Below are positions 34,710-44,385 of a DNA stretch of 64,000 nucleotides, one piece after another. The position numbers were made by a program, and so were the translations under genes. Position 1 is the stretch's first letter. Every line of letters starts with the position of its first letter. Below the pieces are notes generated by a model. The model was not told the DNA's origin, ran no database searches, and saw only the letters and a program-made list of their open reading frames with translations. The DNA lies in the NCBI GenBank assembly GCA_963813025.1, contig CAWEXO010000014.1, positions 1 through 64,000 on the forward strand, written 5' to 3'. Origin of the DNA: an uncultured Verrucomicrobiae bacterium. GTDB lineage: Bacteria; Verrucomicrobiota; Verrucomicrobiia; Chthoniobacterales; JAFAMB01.

Positions 34710-35594
34710 CTAAGTGCCGGGACGATGAGGCGGATTGCGCCTTTCCCCGATGGTCGCGTATTCGGCAAGCAGGCTGTTCACGAATACCTGAGTCAGGTAG
34801 TGCTCCCGCACACAGTTCTCGAGCGTCGCTGTTACTTGGCTGAGCTGTGCCGGCAGCAACGGAGGGCCACCGTCCTTGATGATCTGCTGGAGAAACTCCA
34901 CGACCTGGGTGCAGGTCTGTTGCTCATGTGATGGAGGTGGCGGGGCTTTGTAGAAGGCCAGAGCGATTACGGAAACACCCTTGCCGACTGTGAGAACGTT
35001 CCCCACATCCGGGCCTGGCGGTAGTAAGATCCGCCACTGGTCGAAGATCGCGCCTGACGATGTAGGAGAGATGGCGGTGATCGCCTCCTGGCTGTTGGTC
35101 GTGTCCACATAGCCCAGGTTATTGCCTGAAGTAGTCAATGCGCCCCCGGCATCGGGCGCGACCGATACGAAAATATCATTGAAAAGACTGCCTGTGGTCT
35201 CGTCGAACGAGTCGATCGTTGCGCCCGAGCCACCAGGAGGCCCGCCGCTACCCACACCAGGTGGCGGGACATACAAAACGAGGACATTGATAGGGGACGA
35301 CGCGACCGTGACGTATGGCGGTGGGTTGGCGCTGTCGAAAGAAACCTGAGCGCCACTCGGTGTTCCGCCCGAGACGTTCACGAAGGCGAAGTTGTAAGTC
35401 ACGCCGTCGACTAACTGGGTCGATGGCAGCGGCACACCGATTTGGAACTGATCGCCGGTTTGCAATGTGCCGCCGGACTTTTGTGAGATCGGTTCAAAGC
35501 CGCCTGGGCCTCCAGGCGTCCTTACCGGCCGCCGCTCGTGTGGGCCGCCTGCGCCAAAGTAGACGTAACTGTACGTCAGAGCTACTTGTGCCAT
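34710..35594 (-). CDS. Hypothetical Gly/Pro-rich beta-strand protein with a helical tail
   Basis: Long intact ORF; start uncertain (35594 or 35702). Confidence 0.6.
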   Translation of the reverse strand: MAQVALTYSYVYFGAGGPHERRPVRTPGGPGGFEPISQKSGGTLQTGDQFQIGVPLPSTQLVDGVTYNFAFVNVSGGTPSGAQVSFDSANPPPYVTVASSPINVLVLYVPPPGVGSGGPPGGSGATIDSFDETTGSLFNDIFVSVAPDAGGALTTSGNNLGYVDTTNSQEAITAISPTSSGAIFDQWRILLPPGPDVGNVLTVGKGVSVIALAFYKAPPPPSHEQQTCTQVVEFLQQIIKDGGPPLLPAQLSQVTATLENCVREHYLTQVFVNSLLAEYATIGERRNPPHRPGT

Positions 35595-35729
35595 GGCATT
35601 ATCGTGGTCCGCCCAACCTGGAATGCAAAAAAATTCGCGTACGATTAGGTCGAGCGGCATCGCGACCAGGGGCAATTTTCCCGTTTTCTTAAGAAACGCC
35701 ACGCAATTGAGCCTATCATCAGTTTACGG

Positions 35730-36782
35730 ATGGACTTCATTGTGGTCGGAATTGGTCGTTGGGGCAGAGAGTGGGCTGAACTCTTGCAGGCTCACCCGCT
35801 CGCCTCGGTGGCGTCGACCGTCGACGTCAGCGAAGCAGCCGCCAAATGGTCACAGGAAACTCTTGGAATTCCTTGCTTTCCGAGCCTAAGGGAAGCTATC
35901 GAAAAAGCGCCGGCGGATGCTGTGTTAGTGGTCACCAATCCTGGCCAGCACAAGCCGGTCGTTCTGGAAGCGCTTCGCTACGGAAAACATGTGTTGGTTG
36001 AGAAGCCGATGGTAACTTCGATTGAGGAAGCCGACGAGATTGCGGCTGCGGCCGAACGTTCAACCGGTAAGGTCATGACTGCTCAAGGTTACCGATTCCT
36101 ACACTCTGCTGGTTTCATTCGCGAACAGCTGGCTGCTGGCGTTATTGGCGAACTGAAGGGCGTCAAGGTCCGGTTCCGGCGCCACGTACCTGATCTCATT
36201 GCCAATCCCGAACATCCAATCTTTGCTCTACCACATTCCATCCTTCTCGATATGTCGGTCCATCATTTTGATCTCCTCCGTTACATGACTCAGCTGGAGG
36301 CTATCAGTGTGGTAGCGATGGAGCATGACACTCCGGATAACGCATTTAAGCATCCTTCCAACGCGATCTGTTTCGTTCGGCTGCGACAAGACGTTCCTGT
36401 CGTATGGGACGGAGACTGGTGCGCTCGTGGACCTGTGACTTCATGGGAAGGCGAGTGGCAGTTCATCGGCAATAGAGCACGCCTGTTTTGGGAAGGGAAT
36501 ATAGATGGAAAAAACCTGACTTCGGTCCAGTTGGAGGTGCCAGGAGAAAAACCACAGAAACTCCTGGCACACGAGCCGATTTGGGAGCGACGCCTTCCCG
36601 TCTTGGAACACTTTATTAAGAGCATTAAGCGGGGCAAACAACCGGAACCTGGTGTTCTTGATAACCGAAAGACACTTGCCATCGTGTTTGGCAGTCTGGA
36701 GTCGTTGGTTACGAAGGCCGAGGTCCGGCTGGAAGATAGTGCTCCCGCACACAGCTCTTTCCGGCCGGAACTTCTGAAGTGA
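35730..36782 (+). CDS. Gfo/Idh/MocA-family oxidoreductase
   Basis: VVGIGRWG, GKHVLVEKPM, LLDMSVHHFD. Confidence 0.9.
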   Translation: MDFIVVGIGRWGREWAELLQAHPLASVASTVDVSEAAAKWSQETLGIPCFPSLREAIEKAPADAVLVVTNPGQHKPVVLEALRYGKHVLVEKPMVTSIEEADEIAAAAERSTGKVMTAQGYRFLHSAGFIREQLAAGVIGELKGVKVRFRRHVPDLIANPEHPIFALPHSILLDMSVHHFDLLRYMTQLEAISVVAMEHDTPDNAFKHPSNAICFVRLRQDVPVVWDGDWCARGPVTSWEGEWQFIGNRARLFWEGNIDGKNLTSVQLEVPGEKPQKLLAHEPIWERRLPVLEHFIKSIKRGKQPEPGVLDNRKTLAIVFGSLESLVTKAEVRLEDSAPAHSSFRPELLK

Positions 36783-36984
36783 ACCTGGATTCTCCGAAAA
36801 GCCTTGGTTGACGCTGTATGGTGGTCTGCAGGCGATCAAGCGTACGTCGTGCCCCCTTGTTAACTTGCCAGAGAAAAGACCCTGGTTCCGGCGCCAAGGA
36901 ATTAGGTCCGCAGTGATGAAGCGGTGCCATTGGGTTGAACCTATGAGCCTGTGCTGGTTTGCCCAAATCAAGTTCACCGAATGG

Positions 36985-37222
36985 ACTCCTAAGAAACTGG
37001 ATAAGGCCGGTCAAATAAAGTTAGCTCTTCCTCGCCAAACAGCCCCAATGAGAACTGGATGGTTTCTTGCCGCAACAAGAACCGCAGCGGTTCTGGCGAA
37101 CTCCTAAGAAACTGGATAAGGCCGGTCTAATAAAGTTAGCCTTCCAAGAGCCAAACAGCCCCCAATCGAGAACTCGGATGGTTTCTTGCCGCAACAAGAA
37201 CCCGCAGCGGTTCTGGCGAACT
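36985..37222 (-). repeat. Two tandem 115/120-bp non-autonomous IS110 mini-elements
   Basis: ACTCCTAAGAAACT at 36985, 37100, 37220; each unit also carries a ~41-nt copy of the IS110 left-end sequence (38874-38914). Confidence 0.85.
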
Positions 37223-37223
37223 C

Positions 37224-38615
37224 CTAAGAAACTAAATCCGTGGCTGGGTCTAGAGGCGTGAGTTGGAGTCCGAATTCTTTGGCTCGTCGGCTGAGATTGT
37301 GAAGTAGGCGGTCTTTGTATTTTTTCTCGTAGTAGAGTTGCCCTTGCTCGACATAGGCAGCTCCGAACTTGAGCATGCGATAGAACAAGCGTGCCAGTTT
37401 ATGAGCTCCGGCGTTGATGGCGGTGGGTGCCCCCAATCGGGCTTTGATGCGGCGGATAAAAGCGCCGATGGCCGTCTTACTTTGCATGGCTCCTTGGGCC
37501 GCCAGCCGGAACATGGCCGCCGCGCGATTCTTGGTTTTTCTGGGGCTGGAACTGAGCAGTTTGCCGCCACTGATGCGATTGTCCGGACAGAGTTTAAGCC
37601 AGGAGCAAAAGTGTTTTTCGCTTTTCCAACAGTTCATGTCTAAACCCGTTTCCGAAATGATGACTTCCACCGCCAAGGTGCTCAAGCCAGGCAACTGACT
37701 CAGATCGACACCACAAACGCTGGCCAGATGCGCTCGGCGCTGCAGGGCTAGGCGAACTTGGGCCGACCGTGCTTTGGCCGCCCCGCTTTGCTCGAGGGCT
37801 TGCTCCAAATCTAGTTTAGTGTCGAATTGCTCAAGTTGTTGCTCAATCTTGCTTTCGCAGGCGGTGATCTTGAGCTGGTAGGTGTCATAGAGTTCCAGGG
37901 CCGTTTGCAAGGCGAAGAGATGCTCGGCTCGGTAATCTCCCTGTAAGGCTTTGACGATCTGATCAGTGGATGCTTTCACTTGGGGGTGTTTCATCTGGGC
38001 AAGCTTGAGCGGATTGCGTTCTCCGGCCAAAATCGCCCGAATCATCGCCATGCCACTATAACCGGTGATGTCGCTCAACACGCGGTGCACTTGGATATTC
38101 ATTTCGGTTAAGGCCTTCTGCATGCGTAACACATGGCTGCTGCAGTCCTTAACCAAGGTGTCGCGCAGGCGCAGGAAGCTGCGCAAGACGCAGACCTCGT
38201 CCTTGGGTCGGAACGAGCCGTTTAAAAGACCAAAGGTGTGGAGTTGTTGAAGCCATTGGCAGTCCGAGACGTCGCTTTTGCGTCCAGGCAGATTCTTGAC
38301 ATGAGCTGCGTTGACCAATTTTACCTCCAACCCTCTCTGCTCCAGAATCTGGAACACCGGTATCCAATAAACCCCCGTTGATTCCATCACTACGGTCTCA
38401 ATGTGGTGTTCGCTCAGCCAGTCAGCCATCCGCTGCAGATCGCTCGTAAAAGGGCCAAACTTGCGCACCGTTTCTGAGCCGCGGTCTTCGGGAATGGCCA
38501 CCAGGTGAAAATTCGCCCCGATATCGATTCCTGCGGCCTTGAGATTGATCCGTTCCAGAACACTCCGGTGAGTTTTTGATTTGTTCTTTCGCTTGGTCGT
38601 GGTTTTCTTTGCCAT
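37224..38615 (-). CDS. IS110-family (DEDD/bridge) recombinase
   Basis: GIDIG, MESTGVYW, KSDVSD RuvC-like motifs; C-terminal WLKLCPDNRISGG with conserved Ser; intact 463 aa. Confidence 0.95.
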   Translation of the reverse strand: MAKKTTTKRKNKSKTHRSVLERINLKAAGIDIGANFHLVAIPEDRGSETVRKFGPFTSDLQRMADWLSEHHIETVVMESTGVYWIPVFQILEQRGLEVKLVNAAHVKNLPGRKSDVSDCQWLQQLHTFGLLNGSFRPKDEVCVLRSFLRLRDTLVKDCSSHVLRMQKALTEMNIQVHRVLSDITGYSGMAMIRAILAGERNPLKLAQMKHPQVKASTDQIVKALQGDYRAEHLFALQTALELYDTYQLKITACESKIEQQLEQFDTKLDLEQALEQSGAAKARSAQVRLALQRRAHLASVCGVDLSQLPGLSTLAVEVIISETGLDMNCWKSEKHFCSWLKLCPDNRISGGKLLSSSPRKTKNRAAAMFRLAAQGAMQSKTAIGAFIRRIKARLGAPTAINAGAHKLARLFYRMLKFGAAYVEQGQLYYEKKYKDRLLHNLSRRAKEFGLQLTPLDPATDLVS

Positions 38616-38644
38616 ACCTCTCTTGGGTTAGATGTTGTTCTTGC

Positions 38645-38870
38645 TTTCACACTGCAGCGCATCGGCCCGAGTTGGTAGATAGAGAGAAATCTCCTAAACA
38701 GGATAGCTCCAGATCGGCAAACAACCCGATCTGGAGCTTCGCTAATGCAACAACCAAAACGCTCGGAACCAAACTAGCTATCGGGCATAAAGCTCCAATG
38801 CCACACCGGTCTTAACTGCCGACCCACTGCTGCCTACTTTCTACGTCGAGATGCCCAAGGCAATCAATCC
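38645..38870 (-). ncRNA. Putative bridge RNA in the IS110 5' non-coding region
   Basis: About 300-nt leader with a perfect 13-bp hairpin (38705-38738) and TTAGGAG / AACT segments matching the donor junction; boundaries inferred. Confidence 0.6.
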
Positions 38871-39372
38871 AGTGTTTCTTGCCGCAAAAAGAACGCGCAG
38901 AGTTCTGGGGAACTAAGCCTGTAGCGACGGCCAGTTGCGGTCTGCGCGTCTTCCTGCGGCGGCGAGGGGACGAAAAAGGCAATGGAGGTCGTTTCACGGT
39001 AATACTCGTTCTGTCGCAATCCGCTTGGTTCGAACTCAAGCACTAGCCGCCTAATCGGAACTGCTCACCTGGTCTGGAAGCGCGTCAAATAGGCAAATCA
39101 TAGAGGAGGTTCAGACCAGAACTATACCAAGCCGTGGAGATGGTTCTCCGGGGCGGAAAGACAGTCAGGGAAGTGGCTGAAAATCTTGGGGCAAGCCAAT
39201 ATTCGAGCGGCTATTATCAATGGGTGGAGCGGCGGGACAAGCCCGAAGGCCGGGTGCAGGTTCGAGCTCTGTTATTCTCTGACCCAAATTCCAAAGTTAC
39301 GCGGTAATTGAATTGGCTCAACCCCCAACTGCCGAAGCCGTTCGCCGCCGTGCCACCCATGGAGGATGAGAG

Positions 39373-39462
39373 ACTGCTGGCTGCCTGGTGTGGTCGTAGC
39401 TGACGGCGTCGCGGTGCCGGTTCGGGGGTTATGTTCCAGGTCAGCATCCGAATTTTCCAAAT
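39373..39462 (-). pseudogene. C-terminal scrap of a paralog of the DUF4440 gene at 661-1150
   Basis: WKIRMLTWNITPEPA.ATPSATTTPGS versus WKIPTLTSNITPEPAATPSPTTTPSS; clear DNA similarity. Confidence 0.7.
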
Positions 39463-40442
39463 ATCGCCCTCATGAACGTTATCCTTACGAAGGCGGCCGT
39501 AACAATATTCTCAACGATGGTCGACAATATAAGCTTGCAGCGATCGAATTTGGCGAGCTCGGAAGTTACGCGGACGCCGATAAAGGCGAGCTCAATAACA
39601 CGATTCAGTTATTGAAAAACACAGAACGGCCATTGCTGGTCGTATACATCCATGGATGGCTCAATAACGCCACATCGGGCGACCTCGGCAAGTTTAAAGG
39701 GTTCCTAAGTTCGGCTGTCCCAATCCAGACAAGTGAAAATCCATCACTATAATGTGGTTGGCGTCTATTTTGCCTGGCCTGGTAAAACTCTCGCAATTCC
39801 TTACCTCCAATATTTGACCTTCTGGAACCGGAAGCAAGCAGCGAAACGGATCGCCAGCAATGGCGATTGTCTGGATGCCATCGAGCAGCTTTCCCAAACG
39901 GCTCGACTCCACCAAAACAACTATGTTTTCTTAATTAGGTCATTCATTCGGGGGGCTGATTCTGGAACGAACCGTGGAACACACTATGCGCGCGTGGCAG
40001 GGCCAGAAAGTGAGGCCACCATGGGATCTGGCTCTGACAACGACCGTTTTCGGGTGATTCGGACGCTTTCGACTACAACCTGGAGAACAATCCAGTAGGC
40101 GGAATTTTCTTCACGAGCGCTCCCAAGGATTCCGAGACTGCTGCGGAAGCAGGGAAACAATCGCGGCCAGCAGTGGCCGCTCCAAAAACTCAGCTGCAAG
40201 CTTGGCAAATTCAATTTGTACGAGATCACGACAAATTTATCGGTGTTCACGTGCCGTTTTGGATCGTCCGCGTTCCATCCGATATTATCGACAATCACGG
40301 CGGTATCTGGAGCGACAATAATATGGCACTGATGGCCGCGATCTTCCGCATGCACCGGCCAATACTGCCAAACAACGTTATCGCTCCAGCCAAATCCTAT
40401 GTTCTACCATCGCGGGTCGAGCTGAAGCAGAAACCACATTGA
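39463..40442 (+). pseudogene. Alpha/beta-hydrolase (esterase-like), frameshifted and partly deleted
   Basis: LVVYIHGWLNNA, VVGVYFAWPG, shifted-frame GHSFGGLILE nucleophile elbow near 39940, IIDNHGGIW. Confidence 0.7.
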
Positions 40443-40487
40443 CGGGTTTTCAACTGGCCGCGGGCGCCGCAGACGCGGTGGGGGACA

Positions 40488-42574
40488 TCATCGGTCCGGT
40501 GGGGATACGGTAATGTAACCGTTGGAATCCTTCCCGCCCACGCCATGAACCCAAGCGCGGAGGCTATATTTGGAGGCGGGATTAACCGTGGAAATCTTCA
40601 AGCGAAACTCGTTGTTGTCATACCCCGGACCCGCCGGGGCGAGATGCTCGTCGACGGCCACGGGTTTTCCGTTCTCCAGCATTGCGATCTTCTCCACCAT
40701 TATGGCATTTCCGCTTTGGTAGTTGAAATGTATCTTCCAGCCTCCTGGCACGACCTGCCAGTGACCAGCTTCCGGCAACGGACCAGTGACAACCCAGCCG
40801 GTTATGGGCCACTCGATCGAGGAAGTGCCCGATTCGAGATTCGCCGGGCCCCAACGGAAGGGTAGACCGTCGGGCGTCCTCCCATAATAGTCCAGGTCCA
40901 TGGCGTTCAGACGCTCGAAGTCGTAGCCCAGACGCCTTTGAAAATCTCCAAAATCCCGAGCTTCCTGCGGCGTCCAAGCGACCTCCGCAACGGCACAGGC
41001 GCGAGGCAACAGTTGGTATTGGATCTTGAGCCAGTCCTCCACGTTTTCAGTCCACACATTTCCCTGTATTCCCAGCACCAGCTTTGTCTCTTCTGGAGTC
41101 GCTGCGCGCCCGGGATCGGCGAAAAACCATAGACAGCTTCGAGCGAATTCAACCCTTCGGCTGCGACCGGCTGAGGAACAATCTTGATGTCCGTCTGGTA
41201 GAGATCCAAGAAGAGATGTTCCAGAGGGGTCAGAACGACTGCATTACCATTCTTGAAAGCGGGCTGAGCATACTGGAAGTTGTGCCATACCATTACTGCA
41301 GCGGTGTGGGACAGGCTGCCGCCCATAATATCGTCCCAACCAATCAACTTGCGTCCCTTGCTGTTCAAAAATTGTTCGATGCGATTGATGAACCAGCTCT
41401 CGAGTTGGGCCGTAGTAGTGAACTTGTGCTCTTTCATGAGCTGCTGCGCAAAAGGCGAGGTCTGCCATTGATCAGGAGGCACCTCGTCGCCCCCGATATG
41501 AATGTACTCGGAGGGAAAGAGCTCAATTACTTCCTGCAAAATGTTTTCGAGGAACGTGAACGTCTCCTCTTTTGGCGCATAACAATAGGGATGAACGCCC
41601 CAAGATGTTGCCACCTCGGGATGGTAGTTCGGAATATCAGTGTTTCCGTACTGGGGATAGGAGGCAAGGGCGGCCGCCGCGTGGCCGGGCATCTCTATCT
41701 CCGGAACGATCGTGATAAACCGATCGGCCGCATAGGCGACAATTTCGCGAATATCTTCCTGCGTGAAATACCCACTGTACGGTATGCCATCGCTTAGGCT
41801 CGGATTCCCGAGCACCGGGGAGTGAGCCCGCTGGGAGCCGATTTGGGTCAAAAGCGGGTATTGCTTTATCTCGATGCGCCATCCCTGGTCTTCAGTCAAA
41901 TGCCAGTGCAAGACGTTCAATTTATGGCTCGCCATAAAGTCGAGAATCTGTAGCACCACCTTTTTTCCAGTGAAGTGGCGTCCCTCCTCCAAGAGTAAAC
42001 CCCGCCAGGCAAAACGAGGTTGATCCTGGACGTGCGCGCTCGGGATGGACCAGCAGCAGTTGCGCACTGGTTGTTTCGAGTAGATCGCCGGCGGCAACAT
42101 CTGCATCAGGGTCTGAATCGCATGGAATTGCCCGGCCTCCCCGTTGGAGCGCATCACAATTTTCGTCGGCGTAACATCCAGATCGTATCCTTCAGGTCCG
42201 AGATTGGCCAGAGACGGATCTTTCCGGATCACGATTATGTTCCCGCCCGAGGGCGCGGCGAAATCGAAACCCGTCGCTGGCGAGAGGCCCTGCTTAAGGC
42301 GGCGTGCCGTCTTCTGGCTCGCGGCGTCTGCATCGAAGGCGGTTTCGGGTCCGAGCAGGAATGCGCCTGAACCTTCTGTGAAGGTAACCGGTTTTGGCAC
42401 GAGGTCAGGCATGGTAGCCCAGCCCTGACCAGGCAAGAAAAGAGTGACCCAGATCAGCGGAGGAAGACAGTGAACGAGTCTATTTTGCAACCGATCGACG
42501 ATCTTATCAATGGCGGGTAAGCGCCGGATTATTGGATCACTCCGCAATGTGATCGCTTCTGTTATCGTTTTCAT
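40488..42574 (-). CDS. GH20 beta-N-acetylhexosaminidase with a C-terminal accessory domain, frameshift near 41100
   Basis: DQPRFAWRG, HWHLTEDQGWR, PEIEMPGH, HIGGDE, GIQGNVWTE, PRACAVAEVAW. Confidence 0.9.
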
Positions 42575-42999
42575 GGGGGAGGTATGTTTTACAGGATTTG
42601 GATGAGAGAGCCCGCTGGTCTTAGACGTGGGATAGATCGGACAATCTGACGGGTTTCTATTCGCTATGTATTTCAGTGTGGCATTTAATAAAGCCTCATC
42701 AAAACACATTCCGCCAGCCTTTTGATAGTTGCGTCAATCCCTCCAGTTCAAGATGGGACAAGAAAAAAGTTCGACAGGCCCTTTAAGCCGGACGTGCCGC
42801 GCAGCTTGTTCAAATCAGGATTGACTGCAGCAACGAAGCTTATTAGCCTCAGTCGGTCAGTAAACAAACGAAGCGGTCGAAACGAATTCCAGGCCTACTC
42901 CCCCCTTTAGTACGTCGCAGGTGCTTTAAACAAATCCCTCTATCCCCCTTCAAAGAAAGCCAGCATCGGATCGAAGTCTTTTTGGAAAGAAGAAAAGCA

Positions 43000-43962
43000 A
43001 TGCTTAAAAAAGTAAGCCTCTCCCTGTTTATTCTCGGCGCGATAGTGTCGGGTGCGAACGTTGGCTCCGCCCAGGGCGCGAGACCGATCTACGCTTGGAT
43101 TTCGCACGGATCACCGACCGATCCGGTCTGGACTCTGTTCTTGCAAGGTGCGGAGCAATGGGCCAAAGACAGCGGCAACGACGTTCACACGTCGTTTCAC
43201 AGTGGCGATGTTCCGTCGCAACAGGAAGCCGTCCGCGCAGCCATCTCCGCTCATGCCAGAGGGATCGTTACCAGCACGCCTGATCCGGGCAGTCTGACGC
43301 AGGTGATCTCCGAGGCACATGCCGCCAAAATTCCGGTGATCATCATGAATACCGACGATAAGGCAAGCGGTCGCGACGCTTACGTCGGCGGGGATAACGT
43401 GGCGGCTGGCCATCGCTTGGCTCAATATCTGGTCGACCATGGCTTCGTAAAAAAAGGCGATTTCGTCTGGACGCCGGTTGAAGTCCCCGGTGCAACTTAT
43501 CAGACCCTACAAACCAAGGGTTACGACGCAGTATTCAAACCACTCGGTGTAACCTCAGAGATAACCGAATGTAAACTCGATCAAGCTGAGGTAATCACTC
43601 GCATGTCGGACTACCTGACAGCCAATCGCAGCAAAATTAAAGCGATATACTGCATCGGTGACTTGGTAAGTGGAAGCATCAAGCGTGTGTTCGATCAGGT
43701 TGGAGTCAAGCCCGGCGAGATTCCAGTGGTCGGATGGGGTAATTCGATCGATACAGCCCAGGAGGTTTTGGATGGTTATGTCAACGCGGCGATGTGGCAA
43801 GATCCACAGGCAACCAGCTATATGGCCCTTTCGATGGCGTCAATGGCAGCCAGTGGCATTCCACCGGGGTTCGATATCACCGTTGGTACTCTGTACGAAA
43901 AGGACAAGGCCCCAATTTACCTGAAAATCATGCAGGGTGCCCCCGCCAAGGGAAATAAGTAA
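43000..43962 (+). CDS. Monosaccharide ABC transporter substrate-binding protein (no partners in window)
   Basis: Signal peptide; DPVW, IPVIIMN, YVGGDNVAAG, WQDP. Confidence 0.88.
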   Translation: MLKKVSLSLFILGAIVSGANVGSAQGARPIYAWISHGSPTDPVWTLFLQGAEQWAKDSGNDVHTSFHSGDVPSQQEAVRAAISAHARGIVTSTPDPGSLTQVISEAHAAKIPVIIMNTDDKASGRDAYVGGDNVAAGHRLAQYLVDHGFVKKGDFVWTPVEVPGATYQTLQTKGYDAVFKPLGVTSEITECKLDQAEVITRMSDYLTANRSKIKAIYCIGDLVSGSIKRVFDQVGVKPGEIPVVGWGNSIDTAQEVLDGYVNAAMWQDPQATSYMALSMASMAASGIPPGFDITVGTLYEKDKAPIYLKIMQGAPAKGNK

Positions 43963-44051
43963 CCGGGCGTTGTTTCGAGGTAATGATTTATGGCCGCTGT
44001 GCGGCTTGGAGTGTGCAAGGCGGCGACACGAAACGTGGCTGGTCGGGCGCA

Positions 44052-44385
44052 CTAATGCGCCGTCTCATATATAACGATGACGTCGCCGCAGGTCAGTTGG
44101 CTGTTTTTCAAGGCGCGGTCCGAGCCGGACTGGCAGTAGAAGCGTCCATATCTGGATTCATACGGATCGAGGTCCGAGCCGGACTGGCGAAAGCAACGCC
44201 GAAAAACAGCCGACTGGCCGCGGCCCAAAGGGTTGCGTTGAAAATGGGCCGGCGGCGGGGTTGCTCCTCGGTCACGTATCGCTTCAGATATGCTCCCTCC
44301 TACTGCCAGTCCGGCTCGGACCGCCTTGCCGGCGGCCCATTTTGAACGCAACGACATCATCGGTAAATATGAGACGGTGCACTAG
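44052..44385 (+). mobile_element. MITE copy 1 with CTAG-bounded terminal inverted repeats
   Basis: CTAATGCGCCGTCTCATAT...ATATGAGACGGTGCACTAG; colinear with the inverted copy at 51862-52145. Confidence 0.85.

Larger units (their letters stand above)
37220..38914 (-). mobile_element. IS110-family element; ends share an AG(T) core
   Basis: Right end GTTTCTTAGGAG overlaps the stop codon; left end AGTTCCCCAGAAC...GCGGCAAGAAAC defined by homology to the mini-units. Confidence 0.85.

Noticed and set aside
36985..37233. CRISPR array (14-nt repeat three times at regular spacing)
   Set aside because: The intervening sequences are homologous to each other and ~100 nt long, and the repeat is the IS110 right end.
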